From positions 32,001 through 96,000 of the IMG/VR virus record IMGVR_UViG_3300032307_000370: a stretch of DNA of 64,000 nucleotides; one strand, given 5' to 3'. The position numbers and the translations under genes were made by a program. The notes beneath the pieces were generated by a model that saw nothing but the letters and a program-made list of their open reading frames with translations, made no database searches and was not told the DNA's origin. Below are positions 48,401 to 57,203 of this stretch, in pieces; the first letter of the stretch is position 1, and each line of letters starts with the position of its first letter. The DNA comes from a virus.

Positions 48401-51400
48401 TGGCGGTAAACACATATAAATGTCCTCCTCAACCTGCCAGTGGGCAAGGAACCTTTTCAGACAACTTGGTTGGTTTCCAATTAGTTGATGGGGGAGGTCT
48501 TACCCAAGCAAATTTTGAATTTACCACAAATATTTCCGAAAAACAAAACAGAACCTTTTCAATAGGATCATTTTCGGATCCAATATCGTTAGATAGTTTA
48601 GATATCAATAGTATTGAAGAATCAAAAAAATTAATTACAGATAATTTTAGAGTTTATCCTAATTTTGATTTAAGTCAGGTAACAAACTTTACTATGTTTG
48701 GTTCATTAACTAAAAGGTTATCGACATCTGTTACAAATATTATTAATTATTTTCCGGGAGCATTAGATATACAAAGCACGCAACCCAACTTTGTTACATC
48801 AATAACAGTTCAAAATGCGGTTTATAATAGTGTGGAAGATGAGACATATTTTGAAATACCAATTTCGGTTATTAGAAACCCATTTGGTATTGATTATACC
48901 GTTAATGCAACAAGAAACTTAGAATTAAGAGAAATACCAGTTTCATATTTACGAAACTTTACAACACAATATTTAAAATATTCATTGTTTTTTAATGATG
49001 TTGAATATCCTGTTTCTGATTTTATACCGGCACAACCAACAGATACTGTATTTAAAATATATGTTAATGGTAATCCATTTTTAAATGCTTCAAGTATTAG
49101 TGATAATTTCATAATAAGACCAAAACAACTATATGTTAACAAAGTTTTTAACGAAAATTTAGATCAAGTTGAAAACTTCTTACTTAATAGAAATATGGTT
49201 CCTATATATAGTGCCTATTTCCAAGTCCCTGTTGAGAATGAAGATGGTACATACTCATATAGTCAGGAGGTTGCAATATTCCCATTAAATGGAACGTGGA
49301 ACTTAGATATTGTTTCACCAAAATTCACAAATTATTTAACAAAATTAAATAATATTGCTGAATATATAGATTTATATAAAACAAACCTAATAACAAGATT
49401 TTTAACTGCAGACGCAATTAAAGAATTTGATACTCCTGATAGAAAGATGGAGAAGATCTTACAGATCTACGGTAGAAGTTTTGATGAAACAAGAAAATTC
49501 ATAACGGCACTTGCTAATATGAATTCTGTAAATTATAATGTTAAAAATGATATACCTTCACAATTACTTAAAAATCTTGCTCAAACATTAGGTTGGAATA
49601 TAAACATATCTCCTATAACTAATGACCAATTATTAAGTTCTGTATTTAGTGATGGAAGTAACGCGTTTACGGGATTACCTCAAGGTCAAACACCTGAGGA
49701 ATTAAATTATCAATATTTTAGAAATTTAATATTAAATTCCGCTTTCCTTTTCAAATCAAAAGGAACGAGAAAATCAATTGAAATATTATTAAGAATGGTT
49801 GGAGCTCCTGAAGCACTAACCGAATTTAATGAACACGTATATGTTGCCGATCAAAAAATTAACTTAAGACAATTTGATATACAATATGCTCAAATATCCG
49901 GTGGTACATATTCTCAAGAATTACCTGTTTTAGATACAAACGATCTATTCTCAATTATGGGCGTTCAATACACAGGATTTACAACAACAACTGTAACTCA
50001 AGATGTTACTTTAACACTTATTGATTACCCAATTGATAGTTTTGGATATCCAAGTATGCCGGTACCAACCGATACATATTTCTTCCAAATAGGTGGGGGT
50101 TGGTTTGAATCGACACCTCAACATAGAATGCCGGAACAAGTTGATTTAACTAATAGTGTGTTTACGGGCGCAAACCCTAACTACCAAACTAAGTTATTAC
50201 CATTTAATTACGGTCAAGAATATTTAGAAAGATATCGTAGTTTTCCTTATATGAATTTAGGGTTTAATCTTAGAAAAACTGTTGATAACAAAAAAAGTTG
50301 GACGGATAATGAGAAGTATTTAAGAAAAAATTTTGATGGTAATTTCAATGCTTATTATGGAGTTTCTGATGATAGATTAGTTATAAATGTTAAGAACATT
50401 GATTTATTTATGAACCCAGCGCAAGGGTTGTTATATGATGTATGGACAATGTCGAGAAGATATAACTATCCGATTCCTGAACAAGGATTGTTTTATGTTG
50501 ATCCTACATATTGTAATCCATACCCTAATATTGAATATCCAAATAGAGGGGGTATAGATTGGACAGTTATTGTTCCAAGACCAAAACAAAAAACATTTTT
50601 TGAGTTTGCCCAAACTTTTTGGAAAAACATGATTAATGTTAGGAATAGACAATTTATGACCGATGGTAAAACAAGTGGGTATCCAACTTTATCATCAATA
50701 TATTGGAAATATTTAGAATCCGAACAGGCGATCAATGTTCGTAATGATAATTTTAATTATCAAACAATGATTGATTATGTTGATGGTATGGGTGACTATT
50801 GGATTAGATTGGTGGAACAAATGATTCCGGCAACAACAATATGGAATACTGGTGTTAAATATGAGAACTCTATTTTCCATAGACAAAAATTTGTGTGGAG
50901 AAGACAAAGAGGTTGTGAAATTATACCGGTTCCTTGTAAACCTTGTAAATTAATAACTCAAATATTTTCATATGATTGCCCTGTACAACAAACAATAATA
51001 GGTCTTTATCCTTGGGATACAAATCCATCTATTACGTCTTTTGGGGCTTTATTGGGGGATTCTCTAACAACCTACGGTAATAATAATAATGTAGATATCA
51101 ATAATGATTGTTTATTAAATACTTTAGAGAGTGATTGGTATATAGATATTAGAATTGACGGTAATCCAATAATAATATATGAATTCTTTAATGGGGTTGG
51201 TTATTCAAACCCATCGTTAAGTGCTCCGACACCAAACGATTGGCTTAATGGTTTATATGATGCTTTAGTCGGTTTACTTGATTACGGTTTGGATTATATT
51301 ATTGATACTAATGATCAAACTATAACAATATATAACAATAATTGTTTACCGTTAGATATTACCCAAAACTTTGAATTAAATGTTGGGATAAACTTTGATA

Positions 51401-51417
51401 TTTTATGTAATCCGTGA
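48400..51417 (+). CDS. Baseplate wedge protein (gp7 / P2 gpI-like motif)
   Basis: LL..LA..LGW...., Y.R.LI.N...LFKSKGT.KSIE.LL..VG, typical of gpI/gp7-type proteins. Confidence 0.6.
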   Translation: MAVNTYKCPPQPASGQGTFSDNLVGFQLVDGGGLTQANFEFTTNISEKQNRTFSIGSFSDPISLDSLDINSIEESKKLITDNFRVYPNFDLSQVTNFTMFGSLTKRLSTSVTNIINYFPGALDIQSTQPNFVTSITVQNAVYNSVEDETYFEIPISVIRNPFGIDYTVNATRNLELREIPVSYLRNFTTQYLKYSLFFNDVEYPVSDFIPAQPTDTVFKIYVNGNPFLNASSISDNFIIRPKQLYVNKVFNENLDQVENFLLNRNMVPIYSAYFQVPVENEDGTYSYSQEVAIFPLNGTWNLDIVSPKFTNYLTKLNNIAEYIDLYKTNLITRFLTADAIKEFDTPDRKMEKILQIYGRSFDETRKFITALANMNSVNYNVKNDIPSQLLKNLAQTLGWNINISPITNDQLLSSVFSDGSNAFTGLPQGQTPEELNYQYFRNLILNSAFLFKSKGTRKSIEILLRMVGAPEALTEFNEHVYVADQKINLRQFDIQYAQISGGTYSQELPVLDTNDLFSIMGVQYTGFTTTTVTQDVTLTLIDYPIDSFGYPSMPVPTDTYFFQIGGGWFESTPQHRMPEQVDLTNSVFTGANPNYQTKLLPFNYGQEYLERYRSFPYMNLGFNLRKTVDNKKSWTDNEKYLRKNFDGNFNAYYGVSDDRLVINVKNIDLFMNPAQGLLYDVWTMSRRYNYPIPEQGLFYVDPTYCNPYPNIEYPNRGGIDWTVIVPRPKQKTFFEFAQTFWKNMINVRNRQFMTDGKTSGYPTLSSIYWKYLESEQAINVRNDNFNYQTMIDYVDGMGDYWIRLVEQMIPATTIWNTGVKYENSIFHRQKFVWRRQRGCEIIPVPCKPCKLITQIFSYDCPVQQTIIGLYPWDTNPSITSFGALLGDSLTTYGNNNNVDINNDCLLNTLESDWYIDIRIDGNPIIIYEFFNGVGYSNPSLSAPTPNDWLNGLYDALVGLLDYGLDYIIDTNDQTITIYNNNCLPLDITQNFELNVGINFDILCNP

Positions 51418-54068
51418 GTTGTGGACAAATACTATATAATCTTTATATAACTGGCGATTGTACTAATACAAACGTTGGTGAAATTTATATTGAAATAACC
51501 GGAGGAACCTCTCCTTATACTGTTTATGAAGTTACGTCAACAGGATTATTACCAACATCTGCGGCAACCACAACTTATTATTTTAGTGGGATGTCTGCCG
51601 ATACATATACTTTGGCAATACAGGATTCTTGTATAAGTCCGGGACCTGATACAATATATTTAAATATACCAATATCGTCGGGCACAACAATAAGTGTAGA
51701 ATCTGAAATAGATACTATATGTGGTATTGATAATGGTGAGATTACATTTGGGTTTTCACCTTTTTACGGTTATGCTGAGGGATACTTATATGAAACAACA
51801 GATGGTTATATAACCAGCGGATCAACAGGAACAAGTGGGTTAACATTCTCAAATTTATCTGGGGGTACCTACTATATTATTGGTGATGATGGGGCCGGGT
51901 GTACGGGATCAAGTGCTAGTGTTATTATTTTAACATCAACAACCTTAGATTATGGGTTTTATGTGGTTGATGATGCTAGTTGTAATGCCGCTGGTGGTTC
52001 GGGTAAAATATTTGTTACCGGACAAACAGGTGTTGGACCATATACGTATATTTGGAGTGATGGTCAGACAGGATCAACAGCGACAGGACTAACTATTGGT
52101 TATTATAATGTAACTGTGACTGATTCAACGGGTTGTTCTGCAACTAGTGGAACATCCGTTAATAATGTACCACCAATTGGTATATCTTCATTTACCACAA
52201 CAGGTAGTACTTGTTTTAATAGTGATGGTTCGGTTGAAGTTACGGTGACTGGAGGTACGGCTCCATTCTTTTTCTCAGGGTCTAATGGTGATACAATTAT
52301 AACTTTTTCAAATTCATATATTTTTGAAAATTTATCTTCCGGAACATTAACGGTTACAGTTAAAGATGCTGGTTTGTGTAGTGATACTCAATCGGTATCG
52401 TTAATAACTCCAAATGGGTTTGCGGTATCGTCTATATCATCTACAAACTCAAATTGTGGTAGTAATGGATCAATAAATATATTAGTTAATACAGGATCAC
52501 CAACGGGTACATTTACATACACAATATTAGATTCTTCAGGTAATACTGTTAATACGGTTACATTAGGAACTAATGCGACATTTAATAATTTACCATCTGA
52601 CACGTATACGATATTAATTGATAATAATTCCGGTTGTATTTATACAGGATCTACTACTATTGTTAATGTTAATTTATTTACAATAACTGCGGTTACAACT
52701 AATACTACTTGTGGTTTAAATAATGGAACGTTACAAATATTAACAAGTACTGGTGGAACATTACCATATAGTTATCAAATAACGGGATATGCGGTTTCTC
52801 CAATTAACAGTTATAATAATTTACCTTCAGGGTTTTATACTGTTACAGTTACTGATGCTAATGGATGTTCTCAAACAACAACATCATATGTTGGACCATC
52901 AAGCTCTGTTTCTTGTAATTTATTTACTATACAACCTGTTAATGGAAATGATGGTGAAATTACTGCTTTGGTTAGTAGCGGAACACCACCTTTTACATAT
53001 AATTGGAGTTCAAATGTCAATTCTCAAACAGGATCTACGGTTACTAATTTAAGTGCGGGAACTTATACATTACAAGTGGTTGATAGTGTTGGATGTGTGG
53101 TTAATAAAACAACAACATTAAATGGAACAATACTTTTAGGAAATTATCAAGTTTATAATATTAGTGATACTAATTTTGTTAATAGTGGAATTGAAGGTAG
53201 AAGAGGGATAGGTCAAATGTATAATGAAGGGTTTTTTGATTTAACTGAAAATGATACTAATTGTATTCTTAATAGTGGGGAATTTATTATTGAAACCATA
53301 GTTAATGGTGAGGTAAAACAAAACTTATTTTACACATCAACGAGTATATATGATTTCCCAACAGACACTGAATGGACGGATGAAGTTAAAAGTATGTTAT
53401 TATCGTATCCTGACATTGGAGAAGTTGATATAGATATTACTAAAAATAAAATGACGGTCGTTAATGATTGTAAGGATATTAATAAAAATTGTAATCAAAC
53501 TAAATTCAATACATTAGCGGATGCTAAAGTTGTTGTTAATTTAATTATTAATTATGATATTTCTTGTGTTCAGTGTGATTACCCACCACCAAGTCCTACT
53601 ATGACATCAACACCAACAAACACTCCGACAAAAACTCCAACACCAACACCAACAAATACGTTGACACCAACAAACACACCAACAAATACTCAGACAAACA
53701 CATTAACACCTAGTGTGACAAAAACAAATACACCTACACCCACATTAACAAACACTCAAACCCCAACGGTTACTCCAACGGTCACTCCAACATTAACAAT
53801 GACACCAACGGTTACTCCAACATTAACATTAACTCCAACTCCAAGTGGTAATTTTTCGGTTTTTGCGGTAATCTATTGTTGTGATTTAGTAACTAAAGAA
53901 TGGGTGTTATTACCAACATCAACATCTATTGGAACTGTAATAGTTGGTAACGACTTCCAATGTTATACGGTGGAATCAGTGGATCCACAACCAATAACTT
54001 TAACTTGGAGTGGATTATCATACGTTGATTGTGATCTTTGTATTGCCTCTTATCCTTGTAGCGCATAA
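51414..54068 (+). CDS. Fibre/adhesin-like protein with SprB-type repeats, Thr/Pro tract and Cys-rich C-terminal module (GTG start)
   Basis: About six G.I......GGT.PY.Y.W......L..G.Y...V.D..GC repeats; PT tract at 53583-53846. Confidence 0.75.
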   Translation: MSCGQILYNLYITGDCTNTNVGEIYIEITGGTSPYTVYEVTSTGLLPTSAATTTYYFSGMSADTYTLAIQDSCISPGPDTIYLNIPISSGTTISVESEIDTICGIDNGEITFGFSPFYGYAEGYLYETTDGYITSGSTGTSGLTFSNLSGGTYYIIGDDGAGCTGSSASVIILTSTTLDYGFYVVDDASCNAAGGSGKIFVTGQTGVGPYTYIWSDGQTGSTATGLTIGYYNVTVTDSTGCSATSGTSVNNVPPIGISSFTTTGSTCFNSDGSVEVTVTGGTAPFFFSGSNGDTIITFSNSYIFENLSSGTLTVTVKDAGLCSDTQSVSLITPNGFAVSSISSTNSNCGSNGSINILVNTGSPTGTFTYTILDSSGNTVNTVTLGTNATFNNLPSDTYTILIDNNSGCIYTGSTTIVNVNLFTITAVTTNTTCGLNNGTLQILTSTGGTLPYSYQITGYAVSPINSYNNLPSGFYTVTVTDANGCSQTTTSYVGPSSSVSCNLFTIQPVNGNDGEITALVSSGTPPFTYNWSSNVNSQTGSTVTNLSAGTYTLQVVDSVGCVVNKTTTLNGTILLGNYQVYNISDTNFVNSGIEGRRGIGQMYNEGFFDLTENDTNCILNSGEFIIETIVNGEVKQNLFYTSTSIYDFPTDTEWTDEVKSMLLSYPDIGEVDIDITKNKMTVVNDCKDINKNCNQTKFNTLADAKVVVNLIINYDISCVQCDYPPPSPTMTSTPTNTPTKTPTPTPTNTLTPTNTPTNTQTNTLTPSVTKTNTPTPTLTNTQTPTVTPTVTPTLTMTPTVTPTLTLTPTPSGNFSVFAVIYCCDLVTKEWVLLPTSTSIGTVIVGNDFQCYTVESVDPQPITLTWSGLSYVDCDLCIASYPCSA
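53583..53846 (+). repeat. Mucin-like (TPT/TNT/TVT)n coding tandem repeat
   Basis: Encodes PPPSPTMTSTPTNTPTKTPTPTPTNTLTPT...PTVTPTLTLTPTPS, about 88 aa. Confidence 0.9.
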
Positions 54069-54092
54069 AATACACTTTTAAAAAATAATTAG

Positions 54093-54100
54093 TATCTTTT
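54093..54100 (+). promoter_or_regulatory. TATCTTTT element upstream of glycosyltransferase (TAnnTTTG-like, not TATTTAT)
   Basis: One mismatch to the Bacteroidota -7 consensus; 5 nt before the ATG at 54106. Confidence 0.3.
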
Positions 54101-54105
54101 AATTT

Positions 54106-55086
54106 ATGGAAGATATAATTTTTGTTACGGCACAACCTGATGTCCCTTATTTTCATTGGCAGGTTAAACTATATACCCATAATTTTATTGAAAAAGGTAT
54201 CGACCCATGTCAAATCCACGTCGTTTTTGGTTTAACTAATGGACAAAAAGAACCATCTAAAGGTGCTTTAGAATTATGTGATTATGGTTTTAATGTACAT
54301 TTTTATTATGATGATAGAATTGGTAAAAATTATATACCGAGTATAAAACCGTATTTAATATCAAGATGGTTGTACGAACATCCCGAATATGGTAAAACTT
54401 TCTTTTTACATGATGCGGATATTATCTTTAGAGAATTACCTGATTTTGATAAATTAATGAAAGACGATACTTGTTATTTGTCGGATACGATTGGTTACAT
54501 TGGGTACAATTATATTATGGATTGCTGTAAAAGGTATGAGAATGTTCACCCAAAATCAGAAAAAGGTCAATTATTAAAAGAAATGGCGAATATTGTTGGG
54601 TTGGATGTGGAAACAATAAAATTAAATCAAGAAAATTCAGGTGGTGGTCAGTATTTGTTGAAAAATATGACATACGAACTTTGGGAAAAAATTTATATGG
54701 ATTGCGTCCCACTTTATAAACAAATGCATGATTACCATAAAAGACATCCAATTAGTCCTGGTGAGATACAATTTTGGACTGCCGAAATGTGGTCATTATT
54801 ATGGAATTTGTGGTTATTTAATTATAATACGAAAGTTGTTGATGACCTTAATTTTTCTTGGGCAACTGATGATATTACAGTTTACGAACAAAGACCTATT
54901 TTACATATGGCTGGAGTTACAGATAATTTAAGAGGTACCAAGTTTTATAAGGGGGAATACATTAATATTGACCCCATTCAAAAATTAAAAGAGAACCCAT
55001 CACATTTTGATTATATTGAAAAAAATAGTACAACAATAAAATATATTGAAGTAATGAAATCATTCATTCAAAAAACAATAAATTGA
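54106..55086 (+). CDS. GT-A-fold glycosyltransferase resembling peptidyl-serine O-galactosyltransferase (GT96) / hydroxyproline O-arabinosyltransferase (GT95)
   Basis: DxD in FFLHDADIIFRELP, plus PYFHWQ...HNF, Y.PSIKPY....WL, GGGQYLL, FWTAEMWSLLW and PILHMAG. These match in order the SERGT1/HPAT motifs as I recall them (YFDWQ, YPAINKP..V..WL, LDADM, WISEMYGY, P.LLHY). Confidence 0.7.
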   Translation: MEDIIFVTAQPDVPYFHWQVKLYTHNFIEKGIDPCQIHVVFGLTNGQKEPSKGALELCDYGFNVHFYYDDRIGKNYIPSIKPYLISRWLYEHPEYGKTFFLHDADIIFRELPDFDKLMKDDTCYLSDTIGYIGYNYIMDCCKRYENVHPKSEKGQLLKEMANIVGLDVETIKLNQENSGGGQYLLKNMTYELWEKIYMDCVPLYKQMHDYHKRHPISPGEIQFWTAEMWSLLWNLWLFNYNTKVVDDLNFSWATDDITVYEQRPILHMAGVTDNLRGTKFYKGEYINIDPIQKLKENPSHFDYIEKNSTTIKYIEVMKSFIQKTIN

Positions 55087-55087
55087 T

Positions 55088-55095
55088 TATTTATA
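55088..55095 (+). promoter_or_regulatory. TATTTATA motif
   Basis: 19 nt before the ATG at 55115. Confidence 0.55.
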
Positions 55096-55114
55096 TATTA
55101 AACAAATAACTTAA

Positions 55115-57184
55115 ATGGCGATAATATATCAGGTACAGAATACAAGTCCAAATATATACAATAATTTTACATTTATTGATGGTAATGCGATTAATAAAAC
55201 ATTGGATTTATTACCAAATGTGGTTTATTATATTAATGGTAATAGTGTTGTATCACCTGCGCCTTTTATTACTATACTAAGTTTAGGTAAAGAAAACATA
55301 AGATATTGCTTTCAAAGTTGTTGTAATGGGGACATTATTGATTTTGATGGTAGTAATCAATATCCATTTATTACTTATCAAATTGGTGACACTTTATATT
55401 TTGACCAAGCAATTTCATCTTCAAATCCCAATAATTATAAATCAGGTTGTTACGAATTAATAAGTAGTGGTGACACAAATACTTATTCATGTTCGGTTGC
55501 GGGATCTGAAAATGTTAGTGTTATTGTTTTTGATAGTACATCGTATGATGATTGTAGTACTTGTATTGTTGACCACAGTTGTTGTGCAAATTATTTAGTA
55601 ACAAATCAGTCATCAACAAATGTAAAAACATCTGTTGAATTTACACCTTGTTGTGGTGAGAATAAAACATCGCCATATGTCATACCTTATCAGAGTGCAA
55701 TCTCAATATGCAGTTCAACGGGAGTTAAAGTTTTAGGGGGGGATGTTCAAGTTATTAATAATGGTGATTGTCCTGATTGTCCTGTTACTCCAACGACTAC
55801 TATATCACCACTTGTTACTACAACTACAACATTAATACCACCACCCGTACCGCCAATTGAACCTCTTAATGAGTGTTCTGTGATAACTATATTCCCACTT
55901 GGGGTTGAATGTTTTACTGTTGACCCAACAACGGAAGATTCATTTGACGGGGCAATTACATTAGGTATAACAGGAGGAACACCACCATATGAGGTTGTTT
56001 GGGAAAACGGATCGTTAGCTCAATCATTAAGTAATATTGGGGTTGGTTCATACAATTCAATAGTAACGGATTATTATGGTGATTTCACTGCTTATACTAC
56101 TTGTGTTTTAAGTGCTGAAACACCAATCATAACAACTACAACAACAAATATCTCACCATTACCTTCTTATCAAGATATATGTATTACAATAATAAGAGGT
56201 AATAAACAGAGTTCTTATGTTGAATATTATCAGTTTGATTTTAATGATTACATTGGTAACTACCCAACTTGGACAAATACGACAGATGGGTTAGGCATTG
56301 TGTGGAATGAAACGAATAATCAATGGGAAGTTTCTGGTTGGACAACAGGTCAATTAATTAATACTAATCCTGCGACACCACCATTAAGTGGGTGGGATTC
56401 TTTAGGATCTACGTTACCTGATAGAATATTATCAATAACCGCTGTTTTAGGGTTGTGTCAATTATTGAGTACCCCTAATTTAACTATACGTGTAAATGAT
56501 CCTGAATGTGGTTGTGATGGTAGTTTAATTTTAACACCATTCGGAGGAACACCACCATACCAATATTCAATAGATGGGGGAAATACATATGCTTCAACAA
56601 CAATTTATAATGATTTATGTCAAGGGTCATATGTTGTGTATGTTAGAGATGCTTCAGGATTCACATATACTCAAACCGCAACTTTATCGGCACCTACGGC
56701 TTCGGTTAATTATATATTAACTATGTCTTATTTAGGTGGAAACACATTTGGAGTTAGTATTTCACCATCATTACCAATTGGTACTACGGTAACTTTTGAT
56801 GTTATACATGAAAATACGTTTAATGTCGGACCTCAACCTTCAAGTGCAACATATAATAATGTGGTAACACTAAATGTTAATGGGTCACCTGTCCCTTATA
56901 CTCCACCACCTGTAATAAATCAACTTTCACCTGTACCACAACCATTCCCTTGTCAAGGATCATTCCAATATAACACAACAAAACAATTTACTTGGGTTGG
57001 TTTATCAATGACATTTGGAACTATTATAAATGGTTCATTTACAAATACAATATCACCTGTTTTACCTACACCACATTGTTTTGTGGCAACATCATCATAT
57101 TACATTTATATTAATAATGTGAGGATAAATAATGATTGTGATACAATAAGAGTTGTTAATCCTAAACCACCAAAAACTCAATAA
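55115..57184 (+). CDS. Fibre/adhesin-like protein: Cys-rich modules, Thr tracts, two SprB-type repeats
   Basis: GGTPPYEVVW and GGTPPYQYSI repeats; PVTPTTT...TTTTT tracts; CC and CxxC clusters. Confidence 0.7.
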   Translation: MAIIYQVQNTSPNIYNNFTFIDGNAINKTLDLLPNVVYYINGNSVVSPAPFITILSLGKENIRYCFQSCCNGDIIDFDGSNQYPFITYQIGDTLYFDQAISSSNPNNYKSGCYELISSGDTNTYSCSVAGSENVSVIVFDSTSYDDCSTCIVDHSCCANYLVTNQSSTNVKTSVEFTPCCGENKTSPYVIPYQSAISICSSTGVKVLGGDVQVINNGDCPDCPVTPTTTISPLVTTTTTLIPPPVPPIEPLNECSVITIFPLGVECFTVDPTTEDSFDGAITLGITGGTPPYEVVWENGSLAQSLSNIGVGSYNSIVTDYYGDFTAYTTCVLSAETPIITTTTTNISPLPSYQDICITIIRGNKQSSYVEYYQFDFNDYIGNYPTWTNTTDGLGIVWNETNNQWEVSGWTTGQLINTNPATPPLSGWDSLGSTLPDRILSITAVLGLCQLLSTPNLTIRVNDPECGCDGSLILTPFGGTPPYQYSIDGGNTYASTTIYNDLCQGSYVVYVRDASGFTYTQTATLSAPTASVNYILTMSYLGGNTFGVSISPSLPIGTTVTFDVIHENTFNVGPQPSSATYNNVVTLNVNGSPVPYTPPPVINQLSPVPQPFPCQGSFQYNTTKQFTWVGLSMTFGTIINGSFTNTISPVLPTPHCFVATSSYYIYINNVRINNDCDTIRVVNPKPPKTQ

Positions 57185-57189
57185 TTAAC

Positions 57190-57197
57190 TATTTATA
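57190..57197 (+). promoter_or_regulatory. TATTTATA motif
   Basis: 6 nt before the ATG at 57204. Confidence 0.5.
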
Positions 57198-57203
57198 TAC
57201 AAA

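Noticed and set aside
6357-51417. Bacterial contractile injection system / tailocin, or eukaryotic giant virus (given eukaryote-like RNR, SNF2 and plant-like GT)
   Set aside because: Neck proteins plus a T4-like replisome interleaved with tail genes indicate a tailed phage; there are no host housekeeping genes or NCLDV core genes.
53583-53846. Tandem ACA/ACC/CCA repeats resembling a CRISPR array or microsatellite
   Set aside because: No constant repeat with unique spacers; degenerate third positions show selection for a Thr/Pro peptide.
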